From positions 189,093 through 253,092 of the forward strand of contig JAWKRC010000007.1 in the NCBI GenBank assembly GCA_041389825.1: DNA of 64,000 nt, read 5' to 3'. Source of the stretch: Polyangiales bacterium. GTDB taxonomy: Bacteria; Myxococcota_A; Polyangia; Polyangiales; Ga0077539. A program made the position numbers and the translations under genes. The notes below the pieces were generated by a model. It searched no databases, was not told the origin of the DNA, and saw only the letters and a list, made by a program, of their open reading frames with translations. Positions within the stretch are counted from its first letter, which is position 1. Each line of letters starts with the position of its first letter. Below are positions 19,580-29,271 of this stretch, piece after piece.

Positions 19580-20083
19580 TTGCCCGCTCGCCCCCGCCCC
19601 GCGGCGGAGCCCTCCGCCCGAGAGACCCCGAAGCCCTCGAAGCCCGCCGCGAAGAACAAGCGCGGCAGCCCCGAGGCCGTCGCCAAGCGCCGACTCGCGC
19701 GCAAGCTCAACCGACTCCTCACCGAGGGCAGCGCCACGGCCGCGGGCGACGGGCGCACCGAGCGACGTCGACGTCGTCTGTTGAAGGAGCTCGAGCAGGG
19801 CACGCGCGACCCGGCCACCGGGCTCAAGCCCGTCGAGGTGCTCCAGCGCGTGCACGAGCTCCTGGAGCTCGGCGAGACCCCCGCGGCGCTGCGCAAGGTG
19901 GTGAAGCCCCACCCCCGGCCCGCGGTCGACGTCGACGAGGCCCGCGCGCTGCTCCGAGAGATCCACGCGGCCTACGGCTTCCGCGAGGAGGCCTACGCCT
20001 TCATCGGCCTGCCCGACGAGGCCCTCGACGCGCTCCGCCCCGCGACCGAGCCCACCAAACCCCGCAAGCGCAAGAGCCCCTGA
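19580..20083 (+). CDS. Hypothetical basic helical protein
   Basis: TTG start is tentative. Lys/Arg-rich N-terminus, predicted helices (VEVLQRVHELLELGETPAALRKVV). No recognised family. Confidence 0.25.
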   Translation: MPARPRPAAEPSARETPKPSKPAAKNKRGSPEAVAKRRLARKLNRLLTEGSATAAGDGRTERRRRRLLKELEQGTRDPATGLKPVEVLQRVHELLELGETPAALRKVVKPHPRPAVDVDEARALLREIHAAYGFREEAYAFIGLPDEALDALRPATEPTKPRKRKSP

Positions 20084-20111
20084 CCTCACCCTCACGCCCG
20101 CCCCTCGCCCG

Positions 20112-21902
20112 ATGCCCCCGCAGGAACCCACCGCCCCCGATCGCGACGCCGCCACGGACCCTTCGCCCGCGAGCGACCCTCCCTCCGCCGAGGCCGTCGA
20201 CGACCGCGCCCCCATCGCGGGCCTCGACGCGCCCGCCGCGCGCCCCTCCCGCTTCGGCGCGCTGAGCCACTGGATCGCCCCCGGCGTCGCGCTCGCCGTG
20301 GCCGTCTCGGTGACCGTGCGCGCGCACTGGCACTTCTTCGCGCCGTGGCCCACGCCCGTCAGCAACGACGAGGGCTACATCTCGGCCCTCGCGCTGCGGA
20401 TGATCCACGGCCACTGGCTCCCCTACGTCGACGGGGTCTCGCAGCGCGGCCCGATCCTCTACTGGCTCACCGCGGCGGTGATGAAGGTCTTCGGGCAGTC
20501 GACCTGGGTCCCGATCCGCGGGCTCGCGCTCACGCTCGGGCTCTCGACCCTGGGCCTCGTCTTCGCGCTCACCGCGGAGCTCTCGTCGCTCTTCGGCGCG
20601 GGGCTCGCGGCGCTCTTCGCGACCTACTTCCTCGCGTACGAGCTGAACCCCTGGGACGGCATCGGCCTCAACGGAGAGGTCCTCGCCGCGCAGTTCGTGC
20701 TGATGGCGTGGTACGCGACGGCGCGCGCGCAGCGATCCCCGCAGGGCGAGCGCGGGCCCGTCACGCGCCGGGTGGGGTGGGTCACCGCGGCGGGGGTGCT
20801 GTCGGCCTGCGCGGGGCTGAGCAAGCAGATGTCGCTCGCGCACGCGGGGCCGCTGGTGGCGTGGCTCCTCCTGGGGCGCGCGCACGAAGACGACACGCTC
20901 AAGGATCGCCTGCGCCTCGTCGCCCGCTTCGCGCTGGGCTTCGTCACGCCCTACGCGCTGGTGGTGGGCCTCTACGCGGCGACGGGCCACCTGCGGGAGT
21001 TCGTCTACTACTACCAGCGCTACGGCCGCGACATCTTCATGGCGCCGGTGACCCTCGAGGCCTTCCGCGGAAAGGTCCGAGAGCAGATCGACAAGTACCT
21101 CATCGGCATCACCGCGGTGACCACGTTGGGGCTCGGGGTGACGGCGGCGACGGTGCGGCGCATGGTCGACGAGGAGGGCCCGTGGATCGACCGCCTCCGC
21201 CGCGACGCGCCCGCGCTGGTGACGCTCGCGCAGGTGCTCGCCGCGGCGCTCGGCGCGTGCTTCACGGGGAGGTTCTTCCCTCACTACTTCGTGCAGGTCT
21301 TCCCCATCGCGGCGGTGATGGCGGGGGTGGCCGCGGGTCACCATTTCGACCTGCACGCGAAGCGCTGGAAGGGCGCGCTCGCGGGCGCGATGGTGCTTGT
21401 TCTGGGCGTCTCGGCGCTGTTGGGCGTCGGGGCCTCGGCGCTCGCGCGCAACGTGAAGACGCGCCGCGAGAGCGACCGCTGGTACCAGAACCCGCGCGAA
21501 GACCCGATCGTGCGCTACGTGGTCGAGCGCACGCAGCCGGGCGAGAAGGTCTTCGTGTGGGGCTTCCGCGCCGAGACGCACGTCTCGTCAGGGAGGCTCC
21601 CCGCGTCGCGCTTCGTCTACTCGGTCTACCCCTCGGGCGTGGTGCCGTGGTTCCCCTCGACGCGCGCGGAGGAAGAAGCGCGGCAGGTGCCCGGCGCGCG
21701 GCAGCAGCTCCTCGAAGACCTCGAGCGCGAGCGCCCCGAGCTGGTCATCGACGCGGGCCGCTCGATGAGCGGACGGTACATGTACAACTACCCCGTGCTG
21801 CGAGCGTACCTCGACCGCAACTACTGCTTCATGCGCTACGTCGACGGAGAGCCCGTGTACCGCCGCCGCCGCGGCGACCACTGCCCGCCCGCTGATTATT
21901 GA
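20112..21902 (+). CDS. GT-C fold membrane glycosyltransferase (PMT/ArnT/GT39-83-like)
   Basis: More than 10 TM segments, early loop with DEGY-like motif (NDEGYISALALRM), large C-terminal soluble domain. Confidence 0.7.
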   Translation: MPPQEPTAPDRDAATDPSPASDPPSAEAVDDRAPIAGLDAPAARPSRFGALSHWIAPGVALAVAVSVTVRAHWHFFAPWPTPVSNDEGYISALALRMIHGHWLPYVDGVSQRGPILYWLTAAVMKVFGQSTWVPIRGLALTLGLSTLGLVFALTAELSSLFGAGLAALFATYFLAYELNPWDGIGLNGEVLAAQFVLMAWYATARAQRSPQGERGPVTRRVGWVTAAGVLSACAGLSKQMSLAHAGPLVAWLLLGRAHEDDTLKDRLRLVARFALGFVTPYALVVGLYAATGHLREFVYYYQRYGRDIFMAPVTLEAFRGKVREQIDKYLIGITAVTTLGLGVTAATVRRMVDEEGPWIDRLRRDAPALVTLAQVLAAALGACFTGRFFPHYFVQVFPIAAVMAGVAAGHHFDLHAKRWKGALAGAMVLVLGVSALLGVGASALARNVKTRRESDRWYQNPREDPIVRYVVERTQPGEKVFVWGFRAETHVSSGRLPASRFVYSVYPSGVVPWFPSTRAEEEARQVPGARQQLLEDLERERPELVIDAGRSMSGRYMYNYPVLRAYLDRNYCFMRYVDGEPVYRRRRGDHCPPADY

Positions 21903-22017
21903 AGTCCTTCACTACGGTGACAGGGTACGTCACCCGTGATGTTGACCCTCGAAAAGCCGGTCGCTACGGTGGCAGACGACGGGGGGCCAACACCCTCCTC
22001 GCAAAGGAAGCGGCGTC

Positions 22018-22593
22018 ATGGCTGAAGGACTCAACAAGGCGATGCTCATCGGCAACCTCGGCGCCGACCCCGAGCTGAGGTTCACGCAGAACAACCGTCC
22101 GGTGCTGAAGTTCCGCATCGCGACGACGGAGTCGTACGTCGACCAGAACAAGGCCCGGCAAGAGGTCACCCACTGGCACAACATCGTGGTGTGGGGCCCG
22201 CGCGGCGAGGCGCTGTCGAAGTTCCTGCACAAGGGCAGCAAGGTCTACATCGAGGGTCGCATCGAGACGCGCTCCTACGATGACCAGCAGGGCGTGAAGC
22301 GCGTCGCGACCGACATCGTGGCGAACCAGATCCTCCTCCTCGACGGCCGCCCCGGCGGCGGAGGTGAGGGCGGCGGAGGCGGCGGAGGCTACAGCGGCGG
22401 AGGCGGCGGCCGAAGCGGTGGCGGTGGCGGTGGGGGCTACGGCGGTGGAGGCGGCGGTGGTGGGAACGCGCCCCGCGGTGGAGGCGGCAGCGGCGGTGGG
22501 GGCGGCGGTGGCCGTCCGCAGCACGACGAGCACGACTTCCCGCCCGATGACTTCGGTGGCGGCGGCGGCAGCGACGACGACATCCCGTTCTGA
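22018..22593 (+). CDS. ssb: Single-stranded DNA-binding protein
   Basis: aaggaag RBS. OB-fold MLIGNLGADPELRF...HNIVVWG. Long Gly-rich linker. Acidic tail DDDIPF. Confidence 0.95.
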   Translation: MAEGLNKAMLIGNLGADPELRFTQNNRPVLKFRIATTESYVDQNKARQEVTHWHNIVVWGPRGEALSKFLHKGSKVYIEGRIETRSYDDQQGVKRVATDIVANQILLLDGRPGGGGEGGGGGGGYSGGGGGRSGGGGGGGYGGGGGGGGNAPRGGGGSGGGGGGGRPQHDEHDFPPDDFGGGGGSDDDIPF

Positions 22594-22605
22594 GCCGCGA
22601 CCGCT

Positions 22606-22663
22606 CGACCCTCACCCTCAACCCCTCTCCCGCACGCGGTAGAGGGGCCGGGGGTGAGGGTCG
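22606..22663 (+). terminator. Long imperfect GC hairpin after ssb (cgaccctcaccc ... gggtgagggtcg with a nested cccctct/agagggg stem)
   Basis: Inverted repeat read in sequence; no T-tract, as is usual in high-GC genomes. Confidence 0.3.
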
Positions 22664-22672
22664 CGCTCACGC

Positions 22673-23570
22673 GTGTATTCTCCGCGCGCCGTGCGTCTCC
22701 GCGTCGTCGCGCTCCCGCTCTCTCTCATCACCCTCGCCCTCGCCCCCTTCGCGCTCGCCACCGGCGGGCTCGACGAGGTCGACCACAAGGTCCAGCCCGC
22801 CGCCGGCAACCTCTGGTCTGACCGCTACCGCGGCGGAAGGCTCATCCGCGGAGACGCCCCCACCCGCTGCATCGCGTTCACCTTCGACGACGGGCCCGAC
22901 TGGCAGACCACGCCGCGCCTCGTCGCGGAGCTCGATCCGGCGAAACATCCCCGCGACCTTCTTCGTCACGGGCCACCGCATCGACGGCGACGGTGAGGTC
23001 GCGCGGCGCAACCGCGAGGTGCTGCGCGAGACCTGGGCCCGCGGCTTCCTCGTGGGGAACCACACGTACCACCACGACCTGCTCGACGGGATGCCGCGCG
23101 CCACCCTCGACTTCGAGATCGACCGCACCGGCACCCTCATCCAACAGACCCTCGGGACGCGCGTGTACCTCTTTCGCGCGCCCTTCGGCGCGCTCAACCA
23201 CCCCGACGCGGTGCGCGCGGTCTTCTCCCGCGGCTACACCCCGGTCTTCTGGGCGATGGACTCCAACGACTGGCGCGTGAACACCGCCGACGGAGTGCTC
23301 GCCAACGTGCGCGCCGAGCTCGACCGCGCCCCGCGCGGTGGCGTGCTCCTCATGCACGACACGCTGCCGTGGAGCGTCGAGGCCTTCCCGCGGATCGTGG
23401 AGGAGATCGAGCGACGCAACCGCGAGCTCGTCGCGCGCGGTCAGGCCCCGTACGAGTTCGTCGGGATGGAGCGCTTCTGGCAGCGGTTGGGTCCGTCGCA
23501 GACCCAGCGACGCCCGCGCACCCGCCGGCGCGAGGCCGGGGGAGACGCGGGCGTCACGGGGTCGCGGTAG
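22673..23570 (+). CDS. Polysaccharide deacetylase (CE4/NodB); apparent 1-nt insertion near 22950
   Basis: Signal peptide, TFDDGPD motif 1. After ...VAELD the conserved NIPATFFVTGHRIDG...NHTYHH continues in the next frame. Confidence 0.75.
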
Positions 23571-23582
23571 CGACCGGTCGGG

Positions 23583-24416
23583 TCAGCGCTGCGAGCCGGG
23601 CGCGCCGCCGAAGTACCACACCGCCGAGATCGACCCGGTGATGATGTCGGCGAGGCCGTAGCTCGGGCCGAGCGTCGTGCCCAGCCGGAAGGCCGAGGTC
23701 GACGTGGTCGTGGTGTCGTTGGAGCTCAGCACCACGGTCTTGCCCGACACCGACGTGAAGTCGACGCCGAAGCCGAACTGCGCGATCAGGCCGAGCTGCG
23801 GCACGCCCAGGAAGCCGAACTGGAGCTCCGCCGCCGCGTTGGCGCCGAGGCGGAAGCTGAAGGCCCCGAGGGAGTTGTCGGTGGTGCCCATGCCCGAGCC
23901 CGTGGTGATCGAGCTCGTGCCGTAGATGAGGTCGACGTAGGGCGTGAGGTAGATCGAGACGTGCTTGGCCTCGGCGAGCATGATGGGCAGGCCCGCGTGA
24001 ACGCCGATCCCGAAGAAGTTCGGGTTGTCGTTCGACACGGTGGTGGTCATGCCGCCGGTCTGCGTCGTCTGCGTGTTGCCGCCGCTCGCGAAGCCGAGGG
24101 TCAGGCCGCCCTCGAGGCCGAGCGAGCCGTTGAGCCAGTAGCGGACGCCGACGGTGTGCAGCGACTGCGAGCCGCCCCCGCCCACCATGCCGCCCGTGAA
24201 GCTCAGCGCCGGCACGCTGGTCGTGCCGAAGTAGCGCAGGGCGAGGTGGCCCGTCACCACCGAGTGGTCGGTGATGCCAGAGGTGTCGGTGATCGAGCCG
24301 CCCGACGAGGTCGCCGTCGAGGGCTGAGCCGCCGCGGTGTTCAGGTCCTGCGCGCCCGCGACAGACGAAACCGTCGCGACCGTCGCCGCCAGCACGATGG
24401 AGAGCGCTGCACGCAT
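23583..24416 (-). CDS. Outer-membrane beta-barrel (porin-like) protein
   Basis: gaaggaag RBS. Signal MRAALSIVLAATVATVSSVAGAQD. Gly/Thr/Ser-rich alternating strands, C-terminal aromatic-rich segment. Confidence 0.6.
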   Translation of the reverse strand: MRAALSIVLAATVATVSSVAGAQDLNTAAAQPSTATSSGGSITDTSGITDHSVVTGHLALRYFGTTSVPALSFTGGMVGGGGSQSLHTVGVRYWLNGSLGLEGGLTLGFASGGNTQTTQTGGMTTTVSNDNPNFFGIGVHAGLPIMLAEAKHVSIYLTPYVDLIYGTSSITTGSGMGTTDNSLGAFSFRLGANAAAELQFGFLGVPQLGLIAQFGFGVDFTSVSGKTVVLSSNDTTTTSTSAFRLGTTLGPSYGLADIITGSISAVWYFGGAPGSQR

Positions 24417-24558
24417 CAGTTCTTCCTTCAACTTTCTAGGGCCCTGAAACCCCTTGTTCCGGGCCTCGGCGCGCCGTGTTTCTCCCATCAAACCCCCACT
24501 GTCAAGCTATCGCCCGGGGCTCCCGAGACCCCGAGAGACATTCACCGTCACGTGCGCC

Positions 24559-26206
24559 TCAGGGGGTGCGCGCGCGGCCCTCGCTGGCCGCGAGCCGACG
24601 TCGCAGGCGATCGTCCCACTGCGAGCCGGGGTCGCGCAGCGCGGCCTCCGCGAGGAGCGCCTCGGCCGCCGCCGGGTCGGCCTCCCGAGACGCCCTCGCC
24701 CGCAGCGTCACCGGCGCCGCGGGCACCACCTCCGCCGCGCGCGTCAACGCCCGCTCGCCCTCGCCCTCGGCGCACGCCGCCCCGTCGGCCCTGCACGCGA
24801 GCGCCACCCACGCGTCGGCGAGCGCGTCCTCCACCGGGTCACCGCTCCGGGCGCGCAGGTCCTCCAGCGCGCGCGCGGGCTCGGCGCTCGCGAGCAGCGC
24901 GCCGCGCCGGTGCCTGCCCCACGCGGTCTCGGCCGACGCCATCGCCGCGATCGCCTCGGCCCGCGCGCCCGCGCGCTCCTGCGCCCGCGACCAGGCCGCG
25001 CGCAGCACGTCGCGCGCGCCCGCCATGTGCGCGCCCGAGAGCACCGTGAGCGACGCGCGGTAGAGCCTCTCGGCGAGCTCGGCCCGACCGCGCGCGAGCA
25101 TCATCGACGCGGCCATCCCCGCGCCGCCGCGAAGCCCGCGCCGCGACCGTCACCGCCCAGCCCCGGAGGGGCAGCTCCCCCACGGGCAGGCCCGACCAAT
25201 GCCCGAGCACCGTCTCGCCCGCGTCGTCGTCGCCCGCGTCGAGGGGCACCCGCGCCAGCATCGCGAGCGCCTCTCCGTCGCGGCCCATCGCCGCGAGCGC
25301 CTGCGCGCCCACCCGAAGCGCGAGCGCGTCGTCGGGCCTCGCCGCGAGCGCCTGCTCGGCCTCGTCGAGCGCGCGGCCCGCCCTGCCGCACAGCCACCAC
25401 AGCCGCGCCCGGCGCGCGTGAGACACGCGGTCTCCTCGCAGCGCGAGCCCCGCCACCATCGCGACCGCGGCGTCGGCGTGGCCGCCCCGCGCGCGCGCTT
25501 CGATCAGCGCCTCGCGGTCGACCACGTCGTCGGGCCGCGCGCGCACCAGCGGCGCGAGGATCGCCTCGGCCTCGGACCACGCGCCCCGGTCGAGCGCCTC
25601 TCGCGCGCGGCGCCGTCGCGACTCGCGCGCGGCGAGCACGCGCGCCCCCGCGGTGCCCAGCAGCCTCGCGGCGAGCACGCGGTCGGCCGCGCGCGCGTCG
25701 GGCGCGGTGCGCATCGCGTCGGCCACCTGCGCGTCGGTGCCCCCCGCGAGCCGCGCGGCGAGCCCGCGGAGCTCGGGGTCGTCGGGGTCGCTCGCGAGCG
25801 CGCGGGTCACCGCGCGGAGCGCGCCCTCGCGGTCGCCCCTGCGCTCCTGCGTGGCCGAGAGCGCGACCCACGCCGTCGCCGCGTCGGGGAACGCGCGGGT
25901 GAGGCGCTCGGCGAGCGCGGCGGCGTCGTCGACGCGGCCGTCGTCGAGGAGCACCAGCACGCGCCGCGCGGGGAGCTCCGGGTCGCTCGGGTCGGCGAGC
26001 TCGGCGAGCTCGAGCTGTCGGAGCGCGGTCTCGCGGTCGCCCGCGGCGCGGGCCATCTCGGCGCGCAGGAGGGCCTCGTACGCGGTCGGCGAGGCGAAGG
26101 CCCGGCGCACCCTCGCGCCGCCCACGCGCTCGGCCATCGGCGGGCGCGCGCTCGCGCACCCGAGGAGCGACGCGAGGACCACGGCGACGGTGCTCAGTCT
26201 GCGCAC
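24559..26206 (-). CDS. TPR-repeat lipoprotein; apparent frameshift near 25150 joins two ORFs
   Basis: Lipobox VVLASLLGCASA. Ala/Leu/Arg-rich TPR-like helices in both ORFs (24839..26308 frame and 24559..25116 frame), contiguous on the same strand. Confidence 0.5.
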
Positions 26207-26258
26207 GGCGAGGAGCCCACGGTCTAACACGTCGGCGCCGGTGCTAGCGTGTCGCGTC

Positions 26259-26867
26259 GTGCGCCGCGCACACCTCGTCGTCGCCCTGGCCCTGTGCGCC
26301 GCGCCCACGGCCGTGTGGGGTCAGCCCCGAGACGCGAACGCCATCGCGCGCGAGGTCGCCGCGCGACACCTCGACGAGGCCGACCGCGCCCTCCGCGCGA
26401 GCCGACCGCTCGACGCCGAGGAGCACTTTCGCAGGGCCCTCGAGGCCGACCCCGGGCTCCTGCCCGCGGCGCTCGGGTGGGCGACGGCCCTCGATCACCG
26501 CGGGCACCGCGACGAGGCCGTGCAGGTGTTGCGCTCGCTCCCGCCGCGCGCCGTGACGGAGCCCGACGACGCCGTGGCGCTCGCGACGGGCTATCGATCC
26601 CTGCGTCGCCCCGACCTCGCGCTCGACCTCCTGCACGGCCGCGAGGCGGAGCCCGAGGCCCTGCGCGCGATCGTCGAGGTGGCCTCGGAGGCGGGGCGCT
26701 TCCCCGAGGCGCTGGCGGCCGCGCGGCGGCTCTTTTCGTCGGGGGTGGGCGACCCGCGCCGCGCGCGGACCCTGGTGCGCGCGCTGGAGAGACTCGTGGC
26801 CGAGGCCGACGCGGTCACGAGCCCGGTCGCGCCGTCGTCCCTGCGTCGCGCGCTGCGGGAGCGCTGA
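26259..26867 (+). CDS. Small secreted TPR-like protein
   Basis: GTG start, signal HLVVALALCAAPTAVWG, helical repeats (EHFRRALEADPGLLPAALGWATAL). Confidence 0.4.
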   Translation: MRRAHLVVALALCAAPTAVWGQPRDANAIAREVAARHLDEADRALRASRPLDAEEHFRRALEADPGLLPAALGWATALDHRGHRDEAVQVLRSLPPRAVTEPDDAVALATGYRSLRRPDLALDLLHGREAEPEALRAIVEVASEAGRFPEALAAARRLFSSGVGDPRRARTLVRALERLVAEADAVTSPVAPSSLRRALRER

Positions 26868-27717
26868 GGTCCCAGTCCCAGCCGCCCTCACCCGCGGCGG
26901 GGGACCAGGTCGCGCGGTTGGGGTGCACCGTGAGCGCGCCCCATCCGCCGCCCGCGGAGAGCGAGCGCCGCGCGTCGCCGCCGTCCACGCGGCGCGACAC
27001 GACGTCGACGTCGTGCATCACCCACGGCCCCTCGCCGCCGAAGGAGAGCGTCCCGTAGCGGGCCACCTGCCCTCGCGTGATGAGCGGCGTCGACGCGAGG
27101 AGCGCCGCGGCCCGGTCGAGCGCCGCGCGCGGCGGCAACCCTTCGCTCCAAGGGACCACCAGCGCGTCGGGGCGGGCGCGCGCGATGTCGCCCGACGACG
27201 CGACCCAACCGACGGCGTCGGTCGCGACGGCGAGCACGACGGGGACGGCGAGCGACGGCGCGGTGGTGAAGCTCGCGGGGTTCGAGCGCGAGGCCGCGCC
27301 CCCCACGGTGTAGACGTAGCGCGTGGCGGGGGAGAGCCCGCACACGACGACCTCGTGCCATCGCAGGTCGCGTCGCTGCGGGTCGAGCGTCGACCAGCCG
27401 CGCTCCACGCGCTCGGCGCCGCCGGCCTGCGGCTGGAGGCGGAGCTCCGAGGCCATCACGCCGGGCTCCGTCGACCACCGCGCGATGAGCGAGCGGCCGT
27501 CGTCGCGCAGCGCGAGGTGCACGTCGCGCGGTCGTCGCGAGGCCACGCCCGCCTCCGCGTGCGGAGACGCGGCGCCGCCCACCACAGGGCCGTTCACGTC
27601 GAAGGCGCAGGCCTGCCCGCGGTACGGGAACATCTCCGGGCGCAGCGGGGCGGGGCGCGGCGGGTCGCGGCGGCACGCGCAGAGCGCGGCGACGATCGCG
27701 AGCGGCGCGCGGCGCAT
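26815..27717 (-). CDS. Secreted protein with fibronectin-III-like N-domain
   Basis: Signal MRRAPLAIVAALCAC. RWSTEP...ELRLQP...GLSPATRYVYTV resembles the FN3 N-domains of purple acid phosphatases. 3' end overlaps the convergent gene. Confidence 0.4.
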   Translation of the reverse strand: MRRAPLAIVAALCACRRDPPRPAPLRPEMFPYRGQACAFDVNGPVVGGAASPHAEAGVASRRPRDVHLALRDDGRSLIARWSTEPGVMASELRLQPQAGGAERVERGWSTLDPQRRDLRWHEVVVCGLSPATRYVYTVGGAASRSNPASFTTAPSLAVPVVLAVATDAVGWVASSGDIARARPDALVVPWSEGLPPRAALDRAAALLASTPLITRGQVARYGTLSFGGEGPWVMHDVDVVSRRVDGGDARRSLSAGGGWGALTVHPNRATWSPAAGEGGWDWDLSAPAARDAGTTARPGS

Positions 27718-27722
27718 CGCCG

Positions 27723-29207
27723 TCACACGAACTTGAGCTTGCGAGCGGCCACGGCGGACATCTGCAGGAGCATCCACCCGTGGCGGAAGCGCGAGATGTT
27801 CGTGGTGCCGTAGGTGCGGTCGCGGTAGCGGATCGGGATCTCGAGGATCTTCAGGTTGAGCTTCGACGCGCCGAAGATGAGGTCGAAGTCGCCGAAGGGG
27901 TCGAAGTCGCCGAAGTACGCGCGGTTCGCCGCGAGGCGCTCGTAGTCGTCGGTCCACAGCACCTTGGTGCCGCAGAGCGTGTCCTTGAGTGGCTGGTTCA
28001 GCATGAAGCTGAAGAGCTTGCTGAAGCCGATGTTCCCCAGCTTGTTGAGGAAGCGCATCGCCTCGCTCTCCATGGGGTAGACCAGCCGCGTGCCCTGCAC
28101 GTAGTCGGTCATCCCGTTGACCATCACGTCGTAGAACTTCGGCAGCTCCTCGGGGGGCACCGTGAGGTCGGCGTCGAGGATCATGAGCAGGTCCCCCGTC
28201 GCGTTGGCGAAGCCCACGCGCACCGCGTCGCCCTTGCCCTTGCCGGTCTGCTTGTACGACTTGATCTCCAGCGGGCCGTCGTAGCTGGCCATCGCGCGCT
28301 CGATGGCGCCCGCGGTGTCGTCGGTGCTGCCGCCCTCGACGAACACCAGCTCGGTGCCCGCGCCCATCACCGGCGTGCGCGCGATGATGTTGGGGACGTT
28401 GCCCTCCTCGTTGCGGGCGGGCACCACCACGGTGACCTTCGGCGGGGGACGCGAGGCCGCGCGGTCGTTGCGGCGGCGCAGCGCGTAGAGCCGGTACATC
28501 GAGAAGCGGTCGACCACCGGGAGCTTCGAGACGTAGCGGTTGAGCAGGGTCGAAACGACCGGCACCGGGGCCGGGAAGATCATCCGGTCCTCGAACTTCA
28601 CCACCTCGAGGCCCGCGAGCTCGAAGAGGTTCTTCAGGTCCGACTCCGAGAGCCAGTTGCCCGCGGGCGTGGGGAGCTTGAAGCCCGCGCGCTCGCCGAG
28701 CTTGATCGCCACCTCCCAGAGGTAGTTGTAACAGGTGAGGAAGATCCTCCCGCCCTCGTCGAGCTGCGCCGCGAGGTTCTCGAGCAGGAGCTGGATGTCA
28801 GGCACCGTGTGCACGAGCCGGTCGCACACGATGGCGTCGAAGCGCTCGCCGCTCTGCCAGGTGAGCGCGTCGCCCTCGGTCACGTCGAGGCCCGGGTGGC
28901 GCTCGCGCGCGGCGCGCACCGCCTCGGGCGTGAGGTCGAGGCCGCGCTTGAGGGTGTTGGGCAGGCCCGCGAGGGTGTCTCCGCGGCCGCAGCCGACCTC
29001 GAGCACCTTGGCGTCGGCGGGGATCACCCGGCGCATCGCCGCGGCGACGTCTTCGCGCAGGTAGCGCTGGCCGACGGTGAAGCGCGGCTGCTCGCGGGCG
29101 GCGCGCTCGAAGTAGGCGCGCCACGCGGCGTCTTCTCGGGTGGCGGTGGGCGCGGGGCGAGAGGCCCTCGGCGCCGCGGGTGCGGGCACGTCACTCATGG
29201 CAACCAT
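27723..29207 (-). CDS. Fused class I SAM-dependent methyltransferase / family 2 glycosyltransferase
   Basis: VLEVGCGRGDTL methyltransferase motif I. GT2 region VVVPARNEEGNV...ILDADL...CGTKVLW. The 1290-aa ORF 27723..31595 is two genes joined through out-of-frame filler. Confidence 0.8.
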   Translation of the reverse strand: MVAMSDVPAPAAPRASRPAPTATREDAAWRAYFERAAREQPRFTVGQRYLREDVAAAMRRVIPADAKVLEVGCGRGDTLAGLPNTLKRGLDLTPEAVRAARERHPGLDVTEGDALTWQSGERFDAIVCDRLVHTVPDIQLLLENLAAQLDEGGRIFLTCYNYLWEVAIKLGERAGFKLPTPAGNWLSESDLKNLFELAGLEVVKFEDRMIFPAPVPVVSTLLNRYVSKLPVVDRFSMYRLYALRRRNDRAASRPPPKVTVVVPARNEEGNVPNIIARTPVMGAGTELVFVEGGSTDDTAGAIERAMASYDGPLEIKSYKQTGKGKGDAVRVGFANATGDLLMILDADLTVPPEELPKFYDVMVNGMTDYVQGTRLVYPMESEAMRFLNKLGNIGFSKLFSFMLNQPLKDTLCGTKVLWTDDYERLAANRAYFGDFDPFGDFDLIFGASKLNLKILEIPIRYRDRTYGTTNISRFRHGWMLLQMSAVAARKLKFV

Positions 29208-29271
29208 CGGTCGGCGTCGCTCCTCGAAGGACGGTGAAGGGCCGCGAAGCTCACACGCGGGGAGCGACGGA

